Shown: positions 34,907 to 41,661 of the stretch, one piece after another
Layout: each line of letters starts with the position of its first letter
Position numbering within the stretch: position 1 is the stretch's first letter
Origin: Nemertoderma westbladi
Lineage: Eukaryota; Animalia; Xenacoelomorpha
DNA length: 41,661 bases
Reading direction: 5' to 3'
NCBI GenBank assembly: GCA_032718475.1
Contig: JAUCBJ010006555.1
Span: 1 to 41,661, forward strand
Made by a program: the position numbers and the translations under genes
Notes under the pieces: model-generated
Database searches by the model: none
Seen by the model: the letters and a program-made list of their open reading frames with translations, nothing else
What the model was told of the DNA's origin: nothing

Positions 34907-37101
34907 CCCAGTGAAAAATGCGCATGCGTATCGCAAGTGATTTTAAAGCGTCATGCGTTTTTATTGCGGCTCAATAAATAGCGATAAAACTCTTGTGGTT
35001 CGCATGTGAATCACATGTAAAATAGGGAAGCGATTCCACACATGCGATTCACAACTTAATTTTACGCATGTGATTCCGTGCATGAAAATCGCATGCGAAT
35101 CACACCTCATTTAACGCTTATTTTACGCATGTTTTACACCATGAGATTCTCATGAGTTAATTCCCATGCGAATCGCATGTTTTTAATTACACTAAAGATT
35201 ATTAATTAAAATAAAGTTGCCTATCAAGAAATAAATAGTTTTAAAATATAAAATTGATGAATAGGAATTATCTAATATGGCTGTCAATTATAGAGATTAT
35301 ATTAATATATTTTATAGAATTGAAAATTATAGGGAATAGTTAAAAGTGTATCATGGATATTCTAATCTATTTGTATTATCCTCTATATAACCAACCATTT
35401 CTACTGTAGTATTGATTCATGCAGCATGTCTAGTGTTCTATGTCTAGAGAGTGTAATGTAATGTAATGTTAGGTGTACGCGCTTTTGAAGACCTTTAGCA
35501 GTTTAACCTGCCAAAATTTATATGTCTTTTGGTTTATAAATATACTTTAGAAGATGACAAATATTTAATACCAATAAACACAACATTAGCAGAAGCCAGC
35601 CTAGTGCGCGTCCATTCACCCGCTGGATATACCCGGGGGGCTGGATTCTTAGGGCTTAGATTATTATTGCAGTGAAAACTTACTGTATTATTCGATTGAT
35701 CGTTAATAAATAATTTCTGACTAATATTATTCACTTTCGGGAAATATTAACAGTTCCTTTAGGACGTGGCGCTCTATCTAAGTAAACAGAGATATGACTT
35801 ATACTAATCACAACGGTAAGTCGGTAAGGCTTATGATTCACGTATGAGGCGCATTCTTTAGGAAATGCTTAGTTATCAGCCACAATCATGCACACTACCG
35901 GTAACACACAATACTGCTCACTAAATTGCCGACCGTCAATGAATTTTATCATATATAAAGCGAACAGCAACGGACTCATGTAGTGCTTATCAAATAGCAT
36001 TAAATTCACTACAAACCACAATAATATAAGTCGCAATCGCTATATATAACCCGTCTCTCTAACCTGTAGTGTATCAAGAAAATTGGGAAATTTGGGTTCT
36101 TTATATATGTTCTCCAAATAATATTCAACCAAAACACAACAGTAAACCGCAGTATAATAATGTATGTTGAACCGATAATGTAAGACTGAACGGAGTTGCA
36201 CCGATTGTTATGTTATGATAACAGTTATACGCTCTATAATTTAAGCCTACTAATGTTTCTTCTAAAGTATGAAAACGAGTTGACTCTAGAGCCGGTGTTC
36301 CTGGCCTAGATAGAAACAACACAACAGTATCAAGAAAAAACAGTAAGACTGAACACTCCTAGTATGATCGGCCGAATATCTCCACATCGACAGAAAAAAT
36401 CGCTCTGATTGGCTTAAGCTAAACAAAGAACCATGTGTCCAATGGCCGTTTCCATGTCAGCAACCAGCTGTTAGATGTCGTAATCTGAATCATCACGGCT
36501 AAGCTGTGTAAATGTATTTGGTGCATTGCGGGTTTTTTGCCTTACCATGTCCTCCAAAGCACGTATATAGAAGAATGACTTTTATGTCCGTTAAAACACC
36601 TATAACGGTACCTTGCGGGCGAGGGGAATATATATATAGTTAGAGAGCCTTTTAGAGTATTCCAGCGCCTGGGGGGAAACTGGATTGCGAAGCAAAAGGG
36701 CCAGTTATATCCCACAGAAGCTTTTACATTAGGTAAGTACAGTAGGCAGATGATATGGAAGCCCATCAACCGTTAGTGGAATAATCAACTACTGTATCAC
36801 ATTTTCTGTCACAAAGGTCTCAATATATTACACACACAAAACTCACAAACCAGTAGATTTTTGCGATATTTATGCGTCATGACGCTTGAAAGTCGCAAGT
36901 GAATCGCATGTGAGTTTTATGCGACTAAACGCAAGTTGTTGTGATTTTTATGCGACTTAACGCAAGTTGTTGCGATATTTATGTGACATAACTCAAGTAG
37001 ATCGCTTGCGTAAATGTCGGGCCATACCTCTAGGGAATCACATGAGATACGCCTGCATGCCTGTTGCACGCATGCGATACGCTTGCGCACTTTTCACTGG
37101 G
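34907..37101. mobile_element. Non-autonomous TIR element, CMC/EnSpm-like, hosting a solo LTR
   Basis: 29-bp TIRs CCCAGTGAAAAATGCGCATGCGTATCGCA (2 mismatches), AT on both flanks as a candidate 2-bp TSD, and subterminal CGCATG(T/C)GA repeats. Confidence 0.75.
35474..36728 (-). mobile_element. Solo LTR (1255 bp) of a related BEL/Pao subfamily
   Basis: TG...CA termini, TSD TTAGG (35469-35473, 36729-36733). Colinear blocks shared with 19265-20428 (AGACCTTTAGCAGTTTAACCTGCCAA; GGAAATATTAACAGTTCCTTTAGGACGTGGC; AAGCTTTTACA). Confidence 0.92.
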
Positions 37102-37717
37102 ATGAGTATCACGATAAAAACTATTTAAAAATAGGGCATAGTGGAGGACCGAGTTGCATATTGTATGATTTTGGTGCAGGATTTATAGTGTTCCTTGGTT
37201 GTTGCCGGGCGGTCACATACCCAACCAGCCAACAGACACATGATTCCGTGGGCCTCCAGCATTTCTGCCGATCACACAGCTTATGATGATAGCCGTTACA
37301 TATTATTTGGGCCGCTACGCGTCTGCGGGTGCCAGTAAGGCGGGATATATTTATATCTCCCTCTAGCGGATTATCTATACGGCATTCAGTATTGCTGTCG
37401 ATGAAGCGTACTTGCTAACTCCGCACCAGAGCTTCCACCGGTAAACCGGTACTTACCGGTAAAATAAAGTATTTATTATCGTTGCCTATTGCTGTATTGG
37501 TACACTGGTACAGGCAAATCAGTTACCGGAAATCGGCACAGGGGCCTAATCAATGACTAACAGACTGATGGTGATGCATGTTCTAATCTATCCCTACTGG
37601 TAGTGGTAGCTGGTTACTGCTGTACTGGGTTACTGATACTGATGTACTGCATACCACATACCGGTACTGGGATAGCGAGAGTGTCAGATAGCAATCAGTT
37701 CACTGTTCGGATAACAA

Positions 37718-37871
37718 ATGACACAACCACCGGCTTCAGATCGCTTTACTTCTCTAGAGGAACAACTCGAACATCTAATCGAAAATTCCAGACAACTCGG
37801 GATAATTTCCGGGGAGTTCCAGGATCAGGGACAGGCGGTTCTTAATCAGAAGATCAACAGCATCATTGCAG
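37718..37871 (+). CDS. MED10: Mediator subunit 10, coding exon 1
   Basis: ATG 37718 gives MTQPPASDRFTSLEEQLEHLIENSRQLGIISGEFQDQGQAVLNQKINSIIA, matching the MED10 N-terminus. Phase-1 donor CAG|GTTAGA at 37872. Not in the ORF track. Confidence 0.92.
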
Positions 37872-38708
37872 GTTAGAAATCAGGAAATACCGGTATCAGA
37901 TTTCAGCTTAATTTAGTACCTAATTCAGCTAAATTTAAATTAATGAATGAAATGGATTGGATTGGACATAGATATGGACATATTTCATGAGGCAACTCGG
38001 CACGGCATCTTCTTAATTCAGTAATTAGAATGGTTCAAATGGCAAGCTGGCAATAGTGAAGTGTAAAAAGCGAAAAGACAATTTCAACTATATTTTTTTA
38101 TTATTTTTCTGCGAACGCGCGATATACTTTTATGTCTCGCTCGATATTTTCACTCCGGTAGGACCATTGAGTTTGAATAGAATCCGGGAACATGCAATAA
38201 AATACGGATAGTGTGCGCTGCTAGTGTTTCTAATGATATACTTTCAGCTTACTGGTTTAGGTAATATCATTAATAAATTGTATTATATTATAATTTTCAG
38301 CAAATTTAAATTAGTAGTACCGGTACAGATTTAAACTTTGCATGGAACTGGGACAAAACCAAGCGTTATTTGTAAGCCGATGTTCTCGGGACCTTTTATG
38401 GGCACATATGCCAGTATGCTACAAATGTTATCTGTAATGAAAGCCTATTGGCTGCGTGTTGGTCGAATTAAAGTGGTCACCCAAGCAGGCATTAACATGC
38501 CTTCCCTCCCTTAATTAATAATAATATCATACTGCCGGTATATAAATACAAATGACTTATACTATACAGGTACGTCACGTCATTCTGATGCTACACAAAA
38601 CAAACTTTACTAGTTATATATCTTGTGGTAACCCAATGTAGTTCTGTAATATTATAGACTTAGACAAATATCATTCCCTTGTATTGTAACTAGACTACGT
38701 TTTTACAG

Positions 38709-38968
38709 ATCTTGGAGAAATCGATAGATTTCGTGTGCAAGTTCGAGACGTCCAGATACCACTGGAAGTGTTTGATTACATCGACGAAGGTCGGAACCCT
38801 CAACTCTATACCAAGGACTGTATGGAGAGAGCTCTAGAAAAAAATAAACTAATAAAGGGTAAACTAGATGTTCTAGAACACTTCAAATCTACGCTGATAA
38901 CCCAACTCACCGAGGTATTCCCCGAAGCCATGGCAACGTATAAACAAACAAGAGGTCTGTCCGAGTAG
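38709..38968 (+). CDS. MED10: Mediator subunit 10, coding exon 2 (spliced protein 137 aa; intron 37872-38708)
   Basis: Acceptor TTTTTACAG| restores the frame (G+AT = Asp). IPLEVFDYIDEGRNPQLYTKDCMERAL..N...KGK is the MED10 signature. Confidence 0.95.
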
Positions 38969-38996
38969 ATTAAAGAGCTAATTAACGGCTAATTCA

Positions 38997-39707
38997 ATGG
39001 ATTTCCTAAAACAGATAACTCCCATCTCTAAACGGCGGGTTTTATTTTCTGTTTTATCTCTGAGTTTCTTTATAGAAATCCTTTATAAACTCTATAAACG
39101 CAGGAGGAGAGCGACCGGTAAAGCGAAGGTTTCGCCTCGAACTCAAACTATTTGGTTCCCCGACACTAAACTGGTGAACCGCGGTCTGCGTCGTCGACTC
39201 AGTAGCGAGAGTAGCGAGGATGTGAGCTCGTACGACGGCGGACCGTTAACCCAACTAGCGGACGTGTTGAACGAGGCCACTAGAACCCTGGATCTCTGCG
39301 TTTATTGTTTCACTAGTCAATATCTTGGAGATGTTGTCATTGGTATCCAAGGGAAGGGGGTAGTCGTACGGTTTATAACAGATCTGCAGCAGATGGGGAT
39401 GAGTAAGTGTCAGGTAGACCGACTGCTTAAAGCCGGGGTGTCTGTGAGACACAATAAGGGCGAGTTTCTCATGCACAATAAGTACGCGATATTAGATGGA
39501 ACCACTGTACTAACAGGTTCATTTAACTGGACTAATAACGCCACAGTGGCCAACCACGAGAATATTGTTGTTCTTGATTTACAGCAAGTTGTTGAAGATT
39601 ACAAGAACAACTTTGAAACTCTTTGGAATAAATTCGACTATAGTAAGAAATCGAATCTTACCGCGATAGACGTAGAACGACCTTCAATGAGCGCGATGGG
39701 TCTGTAA
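38997..39707 (+). CDS. PLD6: PLD6 / MitoPLD / Zucchini-like single-HKD nuclease, intronless, 236 aa
   Basis: N-terminal hydrophobic anchor plus basic cluster (VLFSVLSLSFFIEILYKLYKRRRR), then WFP, LDLCVYCFT, VRFITD, intact HxKxxxxD-x6-GSxN (MHNKYAILDGTTVLTGSFNWT) and NHEN. Confidence 0.93.
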   Translation: MDFLKQITPISKRRVLFSVLSLSFFIEILYKLYKRRRRATGKAKVSPRTQTIWFPDTKLVNRGLRRRLSSESSEDVSSYDGGPLTQLADVLNEATRTLDLCVYCFTSQYLGDVVIGIQGKGVVVRFITDLQQMGMSKCQVDRLLKAGVSVRHNKGEFLMHNKYAILDGTTVLTGSFNWTNNATVANHENIVVLDLQQVVEDYKNNFETLWNKFDYSKKSNLTAIDVERPSMSAMGL

Positions 39708-40267
39708 TAGTGTCTGTCAGGCGTTGCCACCCTACAAGTCCAGGCTGTGAGCTACATTTACTGATTAATAATTTTAATATCTTTGAAATAATTTAATTTG
39801 GCTACTAGTATCCAGTTTAATGGTAAAGTAATAGTTTTTTCTGACAGGGACGGGCATAGAAAGGATACTAGGAAGGGAAGGATATTAAATATCATTTATT
39901 AAATATTAAATATCATTAAATAGTCGATAAATGAGTACCATTATAGTTCTGAGGGGACCGCACTGGAAATAGTAGTGAGACTTTGTGAATAACGCCCGAA
40001 GAAAACTTTACTTTTAATTATGTCTGAATTTTCGTCAAATTAAATTAATTTTAGTTAAGGTTTTCATGTTCCCAAAGGATTAAACCACGTTTAAAAACAT
40101 TCAGATTAAAGCTGTTCGTAGCGGTAACAGCGCTGTGATTTCGCATCGCACATTGACACCGCCGAGGTTTCGCATCGCTCATTGGCAAAGCTATCACCGC
40201 GTTCTCTACTAGTACTACTACGATCGGCATGCTGCATTGCAGCTGCATTATATACATTACATATATA

Positions 40268-41310
40268 TTAAGAATGCTGTGCCGGCTTGTCGATAAAATT
40301 GCCCCGCCACAACTCCCTATCACCCATGACATTTGCTAGATCATCCGCATCTTCAAGGCCAGTGTCCTTTAAGATGCGGCTCACGAAAGTCATGGGCTGT
40401 TCACCATGCTTATTCATTCCATGAGGCTGCCAAAGTACAAGATTATGCACTGGCTGGTCCTCACGGCGAAAGCAATGTCCTGCAAAGCGGAGGCGGTTCC
40501 GTTCAAGTGTCAAGCTAGTGGAGATTAATGGAACTATATTGTATAGAGTCTGATTGGAGATGTGTGCATTGTACTTGACACAATGAACCCGGCGTAGCAT
40601 TCTTGTGAAAGTGCCATCCAGAGATTTGGTATCCTCTGCAGTTAGAGCCCAGCAGGGACTCCCATGTAAGAGTACTGGTTCTACTGTTGCCCTAAATAAT
40701 AGAACCTTGCGGTTCCGTTTTATTCTATGGGACTTCGAAATCCTGGACAAACTATTTAACGCTGCCCATGCCTTCCCCTTACGTATCCGAAGGTCTTCAC
40801 GTGAATTTCTGATTAATGATCCCAAGTAGCAGAAGTCATCTACGTGCCATCCTTAGCTTATGCCCTCACGATCAGACATTTCTTGAGGGCTGTCTAGGTT
40901 GACTGTCATGATTTTGGTCTTCTTGGAATTTACAAAAAGACCAAAACTAAAAGCAACCTGCTCCAATGAGCAGAGGATCCTTTGGGCACCCTCTCATCCT
41001 CACCCTCAGATCAGCAAGGTACTTTGCTGGATTTCCTCTACTTCTTGTCCCAGTAGGGGGTGTTACCATCACCCCATCTCATCTTTATTAAGATGGTCTA
41101 AGGATAAGGACATGCGTAGAACAAAATCAACCACGATCGGTGTCATCATCAGCAGTAGACACAAACGTGTCGGAACCATCGTACAGTGATCTGATTGATA
41201 GCTGCAATAAATTCCTCAGGAATCCCATATGCTGCCAGAATGCTGAACATACGTGGTCGGGAGACTGAGTCGAAGGCTTTAAAGAAATCAACAAAGATAA
41301 TAGCCAGTTG
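40268..41310 (-). pseudogene. RTE-clade LINE reverse transcriptase relic
   Basis: Minus-strand IIFVDFFKAFDSVSR..MFSILAAYGIPE (41215-41305) and FCYLGSLI...KAWAAL...LFRATVEPVLLHGS..W...RLRFAGHCFR. The central RT motifs are degraded. Confidence 0.88.
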
Positions 41311-41311
41311 T

Positions 41312-41661
41312 AAACTATTTATTATAGGTCCGCTGTATCAAGCACCCTAGTGTTAGCAAACTATTTATTATGGGTCAGCTGTATCAAACACCCTAGTGTT
41401 AGCAAACTATTTATTATGGGTCCGCTGTATCAAACACCCTAGTGTTAGCAAACTATTTATTATGGGTCCGCTGTATCAAGCACCCTAGTGTTAGCAAACT
41501 ATTTATTATGGGTCCGCTGTATCAAGCACCCTAGTGTTAGCAAACTATTTATTATGGGTCCGCTGTATCAAGCACCCTAGTGTTAGCAAACTATTTATTA
41601 TGGGTCCGCTGTATCAAGCACCCTAGTGTTAGCAAACTATTTATTATGGGTCCGCTGTATC
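41312..41661. repeat. 46-bp tandem array (>=7.6 near-identical copies, runs off the window)
   Basis: Unit AAACTATTTATTATGGGTCCGCTGTATCAAGCACCCTAGTGTTAGC at 41312, 41358, 41404 and onward. Confidence 0.98.

Noticed and set aside
38966-38999. MED10-PLD6 fusion protein by stop read-through
   Set aside because: The ORFs are in different frames and both frames contain a TAA within the spacer.

Overview
AT-rich eukaryotic DNA, most likely from an invertebrate animal (species not identifiable from the sequence), consisting mostly of nested transposable elements. 1-24 kb: a decayed BEL/Pao LTR retrotransposon (5230-20428, minus strand, AAGCC target duplication) and a solo LTR sit in a 68-bp tandem array. 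That array is one arm of a ~22-kb imperfect palindrome, and a Helentron/HINE-like element with 315-bp repeats occurs both at the window start and inside the BEL 3' LTR. 24-37 kb: a Mutator-like element (9-bp TSD), an intact intronless RIOX1/NO66-like ORF whose iron and 2-oxoglutarate ligands are substituted, LINE/SINE relics, and a CMC-type MITE carrying a second BEL-related solo LTR. 37.7-39.7 kb: a two-exon MED10 gene followed only 28 nt after its stop codon by an intact intronless PLD6/Zucchini ORF that lacks the zinc-wing ligands. This candidate bicistronic/operon-like unit is the most notable feature. The window ends in an RTE LINE relic and a 46-bp tandem array. Family assignments come from motifs recognised by eye; no searches were run and identity estimates are approximate.
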